From: an uncultured Pelagibacteraceae bacterium
Lineage (GTDB): Bacteria > Pseudomonadota > Alphaproteobacteria > Pelagibacterales > AG-422-B15
NCBI GenBank assembly: GCA_902547315.1
Contig: CACCND010000005.1
Span: 20,841 to 84,840, forward strand
DNA length: 64,000 bases
Direction: 5' to 3'
Below are positions 8,118-15,683 of the stretch, piece after piece; position 1 is the first letter of the stretch, and every line of letters begins with the position of its first letter. The position numbers and the translations under genes were made by a program. A model generated the notes under the pieces. The model was not told the origin of the DNA. It saw only the letters and a list, made by a program, of their open reading frames with translations, and searched no databases.

Positions 8118-10165
8118 TGAATAAAGAAGAAGCTTTAAAACTTGTAGAAGAAAACGGTTTTGAATTAGAAAATTTATCTGGTGAATTAAAAAAAGATAGA
8201 GAAGTTGTCCTTGTGGCAGTTCAGCAGAATGGACTCGCTATTCAATTTGCAGAAACAAGTTTACAATGTGATAGTGAAATTGTTTTTTCTGCGATTGAAA
8301 ACTTTCCTATGTCTTTAGAGTATGTTTGTGATGATTTTAAGAAAGATCGTGAATTAGTATTAAAAGCAGTAACTATTGATGGTTATGCGCTTCAATATGC
8401 TGATCAAATACTTTTTAAGGATAAAAAGATTATCCTTGAAACACTGAAAACCGCAAGCCTATCTAATATGATTGATCACATAGATAAAAATTTACTAAGC
8501 GATTATGATATAGCATTAGCATCAGTAAAACTAAACGGTAGTGATCTGGAATATATTGACGAATCATTAAGAAAAGATGAAGAAATAGTTACTACTGCGA
8601 TTAAAGATTCATCCTTTGCATTTGAGTATGCCGATGAATATTTTAAAAAAAATACAAAATATTTATTATCTATTATTAATGAAGATAATTTTATAACCAT
8701 ACAATCACATCTTGACCAAAGCGTTTATAGCGATAGGGATTTTGTAACAAAAACTATCGATTTTGGATTAGATATATCGCTTTTAGATAAGAAATTTTTA
8801 AAGGATGAGAATATTGCTACAATTGCTGTAAAAAAAGATACAAGCTTTTTAGAATATTTTGATCAATCAATAAAAAAAAATAAAGATATAATCAAAAAAA
8901 TACTAATTGAAGATAGCTATGCTTTTGAATTTGTGGATGAAAGTATCAAAAAAGATAAGGAATTTATTTTATCTTTAATAAATGAAGACAATTATTATTC
9001 CTTTATTAATTATATAGATGAAGAGTTATTTAAAGATAAAAATTTTATTTTAAAATTAATTCCGTTCGGATTGTCAGTAGATAAAGTAGATACGTCACTT
9101 TTAGATGATCTAGAAATTGCTAAAATGTTGATTAAAAAAGATGGATACGCATTTGAAAACTTTGATGAAAACATAAGATCAAATAGAGATATCGTAATTG
9201 ATGCTGTAAAATATTCAGGATCATTAATTCAATTTACGAATGAAGAACTAAAAAATGATATTGAAATTGCTAAAACTGCATTAGAAAATGACGGCTCCTG
9301 TTTAGAATATACGGGTGATAATATTAAAAATAACAGAGAATTAGTTGAAATTGCATTGAAACAAGATGGCAGTGCCTTAGCATATGCTAATGATATATTT
9401 AAAAATGACAAAGTTCTTGTTGCATTAGCAATGAATAATTATTCAAATGCGTTTCAATATGCTAGTGATGAAATAAAAAAAGATAAAAAATTTGTTTTAG
9501 AATGTTTAGATAGTGGGAAATCTTTTTTGAGTTACGTTCCAACAGAATTACAAAAAGATAAAGATGTTGTCTACAGTGCAGTAAAAAGCAATGGATTTGA
9601 GCTTCAATATGCAGATGAACAATATAAAAAAGATAAGGAACTAGTCTTAATAGCAATTAATTCAAATTGGAGCTCTTATCAATTTGCAGATGATAAGTTA
9701 CAAAATGATAAAGATGTATTGAATATTTTAGAGAGTAATGAAGATTACATAAAAGAAAAGAATGTTAAAAAAATACATTTAAATTTAGAGAAATTTTTTG
9801 ATATGCTGATTGAAAACCATGAAGATTATTTCAGGGAAGAAAATACATTTAAAGTCAGACCTGGAGTGGCTTATGATAAATTTTATATTAATCAGATTGA
9901 AGGATCATATGATATGAGCCTACAAGGCTTAATACATCACTATTTATGGGAAAATGAATTATACCATTTATTTCTAAGCGATGAAGAATTAGAGACTTGT
10001 GAACAAGTTGTTAATGAACAACCAGAATATATTTTTGGGCCTGATAGTGGTGAAACCCAAGAAATAATTGATGAAATACAGGCAAAGGCAATAAAATTCG
10101 TAGGTAAAAAACTCATTAAGCTAGGCTTTGATGTCGAACAAGATTTTGAAAGTTATTTGAGTTAA
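8117..10165 (+). CDS. DUF4116 repeat protein (about 20 tandem ~30-aa repeats plus a unique ~135-aa C-terminal domain)
   Basis: Repeated unit of the form L/F-K-K-D-[KR]-E-[IV]-V-L-x-A-V-x-x-N-G-x-A-L-x-Y-A, for example LKKDREVVLVAVQQNGLAIQFAE, FKKDRELVLKAVTIDGYALQYAD and YKKDKELVLIAINSNWSSYQFAD. Confidence 0.7.
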   Translation: MNKEEALKLVEENGFELENLSGELKKDREVVLVAVQQNGLAIQFAETSLQCDSEIVFSAIENFPMSLEYVCDDFKKDRELVLKAVTIDGYALQYADQILFKDKKIILETLKTASLSNMIDHIDKNLLSDYDIALASVKLNGSDLEYIDESLRKDEEIVTTAIKDSSFAFEYADEYFKKNTKYLLSIINEDNFITIQSHLDQSVYSDRDFVTKTIDFGLDISLLDKKFLKDENIATIAVKKDTSFLEYFDQSIKKNKDIIKKILIEDSYAFEFVDESIKKDKEFILSLINEDNYYSFINYIDEELFKDKNFILKLIPFGLSVDKVDTSLLDDLEIAKMLIKKDGYAFENFDENIRSNRDIVIDAVKYSGSLIQFTNEELKNDIEIAKTALENDGSCLEYTGDNIKNNRELVEIALKQDGSALAYANDIFKNDKVLVALAMNNYSNAFQYASDEIKKDKKFVLECLDSGKSFLSYVPTELQKDKDVVYSAVKSNGFELQYADEQYKKDKELVLIAINSNWSSYQFADDKLQNDKDVLNILESNEDYIKEKNVKKIHLNLEKFFDMLIENHEDYFREENTFKVRPGVAYDKFYINQIEGSYDMSLQGLIHHYLWENELYHLFLSDEELETCEQVVNEQPEYIFGPDSGETQEIIDEIQAKAIKFVGKKLIKLGFDVEQDFESYLS

Positions 10166-10207
10166 ATGAGAATTAAGTGATGATGTGCTTCAGTGGCGAA
10201 AACAAAA

Positions 10208-10780
10208 TTAAGATATTATAGTTGATAAATTTTTTTTGAAATGAGCACATGCTTCATCAAGTGCTTCAACTGAATAACTCTTTTTTTCAATTATTTCTGT
10301 TTCTTTTTCCTTTGAACGAACCTGTCTTAATAGTACTTCTAAGAAAGGCTCACTATCTGCAGTGCTTTGCTTATAAGCTAATTCGCTACTTACTGCATCC
10401 ATATTTTTATAAGAGATATATGCGCACACATGACTAGTGCCGTTGATCTGGTCTCCGCCAACTTTTACGTGCGATCCAACTTTATTATTCGACCAATCGT
10501 ACTCTTCAGTCAATTCAGATAAAATACCTTTAAGTTTTTCTCTGGCCGCAGCATCTTTGCTACCAAACATCTTTTTAGCACGCTTTGGATGTTTTGCTCT
10601 TAGCGTCTTTTCAAGCTGATCAATCAAAACCTCTTTTTCGTATTCAGTAATCGTTTTGTTAGAGATAATATTGTTGTAATAATTTAAAAGTTCCCTATCA
10701 ATATAATCTTTTTCTTTTATGTTATTTAACACTCGCTTAACTATATCTGAAATTTCTTTGGAATTGTTATTGCTGTTCAT
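10208..10780 (-). CDS. hypothetical protein (190 aa)
   Basis: ORF only. Confidence 0.45.
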   Translation of the reverse strand: MNSNNNSKEISDIVKRVLNNIKEKDYIDRELLNYYNNIISNKTITEYEKEVLIDQLEKTLRAKHPKRAKKMFGSKDAAAREKLKGILSELTEEYDWSNNKVGSHVKVGGDQINGTSHVCAYISYKNMDAVSSELAYKQSTADSEPFLEVLLRQVRSKEKETEIIEKKSYSVEALDEACAHFKKNLSTIIS

Positions 10781-10859
10781 TAAAGTTATTTAATCTGGAA
10801 TGCAAATATCGTCAATCTTTTCGATAAATACTATATATATAAAGGTAGTTGGAGTATAA

Positions 10860-10916
10860 TTTTATAATGATTGTAGTGCTAGAAAAACTGAATTTGATAC
10901 AAATCCTGATGATATA
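10860..10916 (+). pseudogene. in-frame relic of a 7254-family C-terminal segment fused upstream of the 10917 ORF
   Basis: 10884-10911 is a 28-nt exact copy of 7947-7974. The translation FYNDCSARKTEFDTNPDDI aligns with VYDGSTSKTEFDTNPDAPE of the 267-aa protein. There is no start codon in the relic. Confidence 0.6.
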
Positions 10917-11831
10917 ATGAATGAAATTAATGCATACATAGAAGAAATAAAAAATTATTCTGAAAAGCATACTGAACTAAAAAAATCACATCATTTCTGT
11001 TTTAATATCCCAATTCCAATAGGTAATACTAAACCTGAACTCAAACAAGGTGATGAAATTGTTTTAATCATGGGTCAGAACCCTGGTGAGCTTGATGGGA
11101 CTTGGAATTATTTGCCTAAAAATCTGGAAAGCAAAACTAAAGATCTTTTTATTAAGATGAAATCACCTATAGAGATAAAAAAAAAAGTTGCTGAAATGGT
11201 AGATAGTAAAGATCAAATAAGCGGTTATCCTGTGGAAGAATCATTAAATAGCAAATTTTGGGATGATGACGATATTAAGAATTGGAGGGATTATAAAAAG
11301 GAGTCAGCTGATGACAGTCATAATAAATGGCAAGAAAAAATCAAAAAAATTTGTGAAGATAATTGCAAGAAAAATAATCTAACTATTGTACAAACTGAAT
11401 TTTTTTTTTGGAGTCTTAAATCATTAAATTTATTTAAAAAAAGATTTGGATTTGCTTGGAATAAAAACCCTCATAAAGAATTTTGCTCAGGTATTAATAA
11501 AAAACTTATCAACTACTATAATACTAAAATAATTATTTATTTTGGAATATCAGATGCAGATCGTATCAAGAAACCTTTTAATTTAGAGGAAGCTGAAATT
11601 TATGAAGTCCCTGAGCCCAAAAAAAATAAAAAAAATTTAGCTAAGCTGTATTACTTAAAAAGAGCAAATAAAAAAGATATCCCTTTTTTAATCTGTACAC
11701 ATATCTCAAATTATATATCAAATAAAGAATTAGAGTGCATGAAATTATTATCTGATTACATTTGTAATCATGATGGCAAAGCAATGCCACAAGATGAATA
11801 TAAAAAAGAATTAGAGAGAATAAACTCTTAG
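10917..11831 (+). CDS. hypothetical protein with collinear motifs resembling the uracil-DNA glycosylase superfamily fold; distant paralog of 12764-13558
   Basis: VLIMGQNPGE (compare UNG GQDPYH and MUG GINPGL), LTIVQTEFFFWS, KIIIYFGIS (compare UNG FLLWG) and FLICTHISNYISNKE (compare HPSPLS). The family assignment is an inference from motif order only. Confidence 0.4.
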   Translation: MNEINAYIEEIKNYSEKHTELKKSHHFCFNIPIPIGNTKPELKQGDEIVLIMGQNPGELDGTWNYLPKNLESKTKDLFIKMKSPIEIKKKVAEMVDSKDQISGYPVEESLNSKFWDDDDIKNWRDYKKESADDSHNKWQEKIKKICEDNCKKNNLTIVQTEFFFWSLKSLNLFKKRFGFAWNKNPHKEFCSGINKKLINYYNTKIIIYFGISDADRIKKPFNLEEAEIYEVPEPKKNKKNLAKLYYLKRANKKDIPFLICTHISNYISNKELECMKLLSDYICNHDGKAMPQDEYKKELERINS

Positions 11832-11890
11832 ACTAATTTACCAATTGACTAAAATAAAATGTCTTCTAATTGTTTATTTTATAAAATAGT

Positions 11891-12049
11891 CTACGAATGT
11901 GCCTTTATCCAATCAATTGCTTTTTGTGGAACTTTATCTTTTTTTTCCCATGAAAAGATTTCATCCATTGAAATATACATCGCATCAGCGACATCTTCAA
12001 GATCCAGCTCTTGTTCAGCCAGTAAATCATCCCATTCTTTAAAAGTCAT
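11891..12049 (-). CDS. small (52 aa) HTH-like protein, missing from the ORF track; paralog of 4375-4554
   Basis: The minus-strand ATG (12049) is preceded by GGAG. Translation MTFKEWDDLLAEQELDLEDVADAMYISMDEIFSWEKKDKVPQKAIDWIKAHS aligns with the 4375 protein (D[IV]AD...I[ST].[DE]E[VI]..WE....VPQ.AID). Confidence 0.45.
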   Translation of the reverse strand: MTFKEWDDLLAEQELDLEDVADAMYISMDEIFSWEKKDKVPQKAIDWIKAHS

Positions 12050-12175
12050 ATACAGTCTCCATATAATTTATTTATCATTGTTAACATATAAATGATTTTA
12101 AAAAAAATACTTTTATTAATGATAAATTTAAAAGTCTTAACACTTTTAATTATTTATCTCTGCAAATAGAAAAGA

Positions 12176-12724
12176 TTATGAAATTTCAATTGTTGATATA
12201 GCTATTGCGGTTGCAAGCTTTGAATCATCAAATAAAATATTCGGATCTTTGATCTCTATCTTGGCATTTTCCCTAGAAAAAGTATTAGATCTTATTCTTA
12301 TTTGTAATCTATTTTCAGGAAAGCCCATATCTCTATTTAATTGAATCCACTCATTGATATGTGTTTCAATCCATTTATAATTAAAAGGAGCACTATCAAT
12401 ATCTTCGGCTTCATCTTCAAAAATTCCCTGAATCATAGTCAGAGTATCCTGAGCCAAATTATCATTTATTTTCAATTTTTTTGAAATAGCTTTCCTTAAA
12501 TTGGGTACTGCTTCATTGTAAAAGTCGCCAACTTCAAACTTTTCTAAATTTTTATCAAAACTAATATATGCATTTCCGTCATTATCTTCAGCAATTATAA
12601 AGGAATAAATTGGCCCTTTAGCTCCATTCGATGGATCTTTCTCAAACCATTGTAAGTATACATTGTCCTTTGGTTTAGGTGCAAAAATATAGACTTCAGC
12701 TACAGATCCTTCTTTAATTTTCAT
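12176..12724 (-). CDS. hypothetical protein (182 aa)
   Basis: ORF only. It lies 39 nt downstream of the 12764-13558 gene on the same strand. Confidence 0.45.
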   Translation of the reverse strand: MKIKEGSVAEVYIFAPKPKDNVYLQWFEKDPSNGAKGPIYSFIIAEDNDGNAYISFDKNLEKFEVGDFYNEAVPNLRKAISKKLKINDNLAQDTLTMIQGIFEDEAEDIDSAPFNYKWIETHINEWIQLNRDMGFPENRLQIRIRSNTFSRENAKIEIKDPNILFDDSKLATAIAISTIEIS

Positions 12725-12763
12725 ATACTAAAATGTTATCAATAATCGCAAATAAATAAATAT

Positions 12764-13558
12764 TTAATTTGAATATCTATTCTTTAAGAATTCTAGTATT
12801 TCACTCGTTTCTTTTGAAGAAAAGTAACTATTACGTGCTGTATTTTTATCTCTTAATAAAACATTTTTACTTTTTGTTAAATCCCAAAAACTAGATTGAC
12901 GCCAAGAGAATATAATGATTTCACCTCTGTGAGCTTTAGGTAACAAGTACTCATGAACTAATCTTTTATTCATCCTGCTGGAAGGTAACTCTTGAGGTTT
13001 GAAGTACGGTGTTCTTGTTGAATGATATCCAATTGATTCAAGCAGACAAATACTCTTTTTGATTTTATTAAAACTTTCCACATAACTAATATCTTTTGCT
13101 AAAGAATACTGATCGATAATATTTTTAAATCTATTTTCTGTTTTCCAGTATTTATAACCACCTGTATTTTTTGATACTTCGTCTAAATATAAGAAACCAT
13201 CAGATGCAAAATTTAATTCTTGATTTAATTTTTTTATATATTTTTGATCATGATGTTCATCTTGATAATCACCCAATGCCAAACCTGGATTACCGTATAA
13301 AATAAATATTGAAGCTTGTTCAATGTTTCCTGTAAAGGGTTTACAGTACATATTTGTATGGATTGCTTTAGGATCAAATTGAGATTGAAAGTCTTGATCA
13401 TTTTCTTTATTTTTTAGATTATTTGAATATTTCTGAGTAAAAAAATTGATATCAATATTCACCAATTTTTTATCGTTAGAACCAATTTCCTTTTCATCAT
13501 CGGGATGAAGTTGATAAGGAATATACTTTTTCCAAAATTCTTTATATTCATTAAGCAT
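12764..13558 (-). CDS. hypothetical protein with UDG-superfamily-like motifs; distant paralog of 10917-11831
   Basis: IFILYGNPGLALG (compare MUG GINPGLSS), ICLLESIGYHS, EIIIFSWRQS and ARNSYFSSKE. These four motifs occur in the same order and with similar spacing as in the 304-aa protein. Confidence 0.4.
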   Translation of the reverse strand: MLNEYKEFWKKYIPYQLHPDDEKEIGSNDKKLVNIDINFFTQKYSNNLKNKENDQDFQSQFDPKAIHTNMYCKPFTGNIEQASIFILYGNPGLALGDYQDEHHDQKYIKKLNQELNFASDGFLYLDEVSKNTGGYKYWKTENRFKNIIDQYSLAKDISYVESFNKIKKSICLLESIGYHSTRTPYFKPQELPSSRMNKRLVHEYLLPKAHRGEIIIFSWRQSSFWDLTKSKNVLLRDKNTARNSYFSSKETSEILEFLKNRYSN

Positions 13559-13602
13559 TTATAGAATCTTTTTTTAAATGATTAATAAAATATCAAATTT
13601 TT

Positions 13603-14082
13603 TCAAACCTCTAATTTATACTCAATTACGATAAAAGTCCTGAAATCCTTACCTTCGGTGTAAGTTTTGTTAAAAACCACTTTGTATTGATTAATGCTTT
13701 GTTCCAAGATTTCATTACTTTCCTCTGAATTATATTTGATGTCTGTTCCTTTATCTGTTTCTTTAGAAATTTGACTTTCTTTTTTCACAATGGTCGAGCT
13801 TACAATATCAGCAACAGCAACTTTAGCATCTAATACAGCTTTCGATTTAGATAATTTAAGATCCGCACTTAATCCAATACCACAGCCATATATTTTTTTA
13901 GTGTCAGCTTTGAATTGATTGCATACTCCGTCATAAATTTTGATGATTTCTTGGTCATTATTGATCATCGTTTTGGATTGGGCAAAGTCCAAATTTTTGT
14001 CAACTGAACTGCATGCTGCTAATAGCCCAGTTATGATAAGTATAACGTTTATTTTAAGTATTTGATTAATTTTAAAATTCAT
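13603..14082 (-). CDS. lipoprotein (possibly LPP20-like)
   Basis: Signal peptide with lipobox LLAAC|SS. The Ala/Val-rich segment KAVLDAKVAVADIVSS resembles LPP20-family proteins. Confidence 0.5.
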   Translation of the reverse strand: MNFKINQILKINVILIITGLLAACSSVDKNLDFAQSKTMINNDQEIIKIYDGVCNQFKADTKKIYGCGIGLSADLKLSKSKAVLDAKVAVADIVSSTIVKKESQISKETDKGTDIKYNSEESNEILEQSINQYKVVFNKTYTEGKDFRTFIVIEYKLEV

Positions 14083-14094
14083 TTGTTTACTCCT

Positions 14095-14349
14095 TTATAT
14101 ATGTTCTAGTAGAAAAATTACTGACAAAAGAAATGCATTTTCAAATTCTTCATCTGTCATGAATTCAACTACAAAGTTTTTCTTTTTGAGATCTATGGTT
14201 TCTTCACAAGTTTTAACTTCTGTGCGTTGAACAATGACCCCATTTTCAGTAATTGTTTGGGTTCTGTAATTGCATTGATCTGCAATCGATGTTGATTGAG
14301 TAAGGATTAATACCAGAGCAATCAAAGAAGACAAAAAGTAATTCTTCAT
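14095..14349 (-). CDS. small exported or membrane protein (84 aa)
   Basis: N-terminal signal peptide (LIALVLILTQSTSIA|DQ) and a hydrophobic C-terminus. It lies 12 nt upstream of the lipoprotein gene. Confidence 0.4.
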   Translation of the reverse strand: MKNYFLSSLIALVLILTQSTSIADQCNYRTQTITENGVIVQRTEVKTCEETIDLKKKNFVVEFMTDEEFENAFLLSVIFLLEHI

Positions 14350-14423
14350 AGATTTTTGATGAATTTAATCTACCAAAATTCAATATTTAATTCTTGTCCA
14401 ATATGAAGTAAGGTTTAGACATA

Positions 14424-14909
14424 ATGTCCAAAATAAGAAACATTAATTCAATTGAAAGTGCTGTTGAATATGCAATTAAGTCTGTGGGCGTTAAAGATTG
14501 CATAGAGTCAATTAAAGATCTTACAGCTCAGAATAAGAGTGAGTCAGCAATCTATAAGTGGAGCGACCCAGATACTGATCAAAATATTCAGTATCGATTT
14601 GCAATTGCTCTAGATATAGCTTGTCTTAAAAAAGGCATCAAGCCCCCTATGCTCTCAATTCATCAGGAGATCTTAGACAGTAAAGTTATTTCTGGATCAA
14701 ATGAAAAATATGATCTTATAAATGAATTGCTAAAAGTGAATTCAGAAATAGGAGTACTTAATAATTCAGTCGAAAGCTCAACAAGAGATGATAGTGATGA
14801 AGGGGCAAAATTAAGTCCAAGAGAACTTAGTGAAATCAAAGATGTTCTTTCAAGCGTTGAAAATAAACTGAATAAACTAAAAGCTTCTTTATTTCAAGAA
14901 AGTGAATAA
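14424..14909 (+). CDS. putative DNA-binding regulator (HTH-like N-terminus, coiled-coil C-terminus; layout reminiscent of phage CII/CP76-type proteins)
   Basis: First gene of the five-gene module. ...NKSESAIYKWSDPDTDQNIQYRFAIALDIA... resembles an HTH followed by a recognition segment. Its stop overlaps the next start (TAATG). Confidence 0.3.
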   Translation: MSKIRNINSIESAVEYAIKSVGVKDCIESIKDLTAQNKSESAIYKWSDPDTDQNIQYRFAIALDIACLKKGIKPPMLSIHQEILDSKVISGSNEKYDLINELLKVNSEIGVLNNSVESSTRDDSDEGAKLSPRELSEIKDVLSSVENKLNKLKASLFQESE

Positions 14910-15601
14910 TGGCAAAACCTCAAATCAAACCTCCTTATAAACTTAGTCCGTCCGGATTCAAGTTTGGCTATGAGAACTGCAAGCGTTGTTATTATAGAGG
15001 TATCCGCGAAGGGTTGAGTGAGCCAGGGGGTTTTCCAAGTGTGTTTTCTAAATATGACGTGGTTCATAAGAAATCAACAGTTGGAATGAGAACAACAGAT
15101 CTAATTCCTGATATGCCAGAAGGAACTTTTATAAAAGGACCTGGAGATAAATTTTTAGAGTCAACGAATATTGATTGTGGGGGGAATAATGTTGGATATA
15201 TATCAGGTAAAGGAGATGCTTTTCTTGAATTGGATGATGGATCGTTTGCAGTGGTTGATTTTAAAACATCAGCATTGACACAAAAAGGTGCGCTCTCTTA
15301 TTCATCTCAACTTCATGCATATAAATATGCCTTAGAAAATAATAAAGAAGATAAACCTAGACTGAGTCCGGTAACAAAACTTGGTATCATTTCATTTGTA
15401 CCAGATATTGATTTAAGCATGAAGAAATTAAAAGATGATATTTTCTCAATAGAACATAAAGCAAGTTGGTTTGAAGTGCCAATCGATGATAAATGGTTCA
15501 TGGGTTATATCGAAAAGATTATAAAACTTGTTGCTGATGATAATACACCTGAAACGAAGCCGAATTGCAAGGCATGTGATTACCGAGAAAAAGGTAAATA
15601 A
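14909..15601 (+). CDS. RecB/Cas4-family PD-(D/E)XK nuclease with four-Cys cluster
   Basis: SPSGFKFGYENCKRC, GKGDAF (motif II Asp), VVDFKTS (D-x-K), QLHAYKY (QxxxY) and a C-terminal CKAC. The Cys arrangement is 2+2. Confidence 0.7.
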   Translation: MAKPQIKPPYKLSPSGFKFGYENCKRCYYRGIREGLSEPGGFPSVFSKYDVVHKKSTVGMRTTDLIPDMPEGTFIKGPGDKFLESTNIDCGGNNVGYISGKGDAFLELDDGSFAVVDFKTSALTQKGALSYSSQLHAYKYALENNKEDKPRLSPVTKLGIISFVPDIDLSMKKLKDDIFSIEHKASWFEVPIDDKWFMGYIEKIIKLVADDNTPETKPNCKACDYREKGK

Positions 15602-15626
15602 GAATTGAAGAATACTTTACGCAAAT

Positions 15627-15641
15627 ATCTCTTGAAGAGAT
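15627..15641. promoter_or_regulatory. perfect 15-nt palindrome ATCTCTTgAAGAGAT in the only spacer inside the five-gene module
   Basis: Read directly from the sequence. With 7-nt arms and a single central base it is too tight for a hairpin, so it looks more like a dimeric protein-binding site. Confidence 0.35.
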
Positions 15642-15683
15642 CAAAAATGATGTTGATAATGACTTATGAAATAAATTTGTCAA

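Noticed and set aside
11859-12095. 78-aa plus-strand ORF in the track (MSSNCLFYKIVYECAF...SSRSSSCSASKSS...)
   Set aside because: It is low-complexity and Ser-rich with no start context. The opposite strand holds a better-supported 52-aa gene with a GGAG upstream and a clear paralog at 4375-4554.
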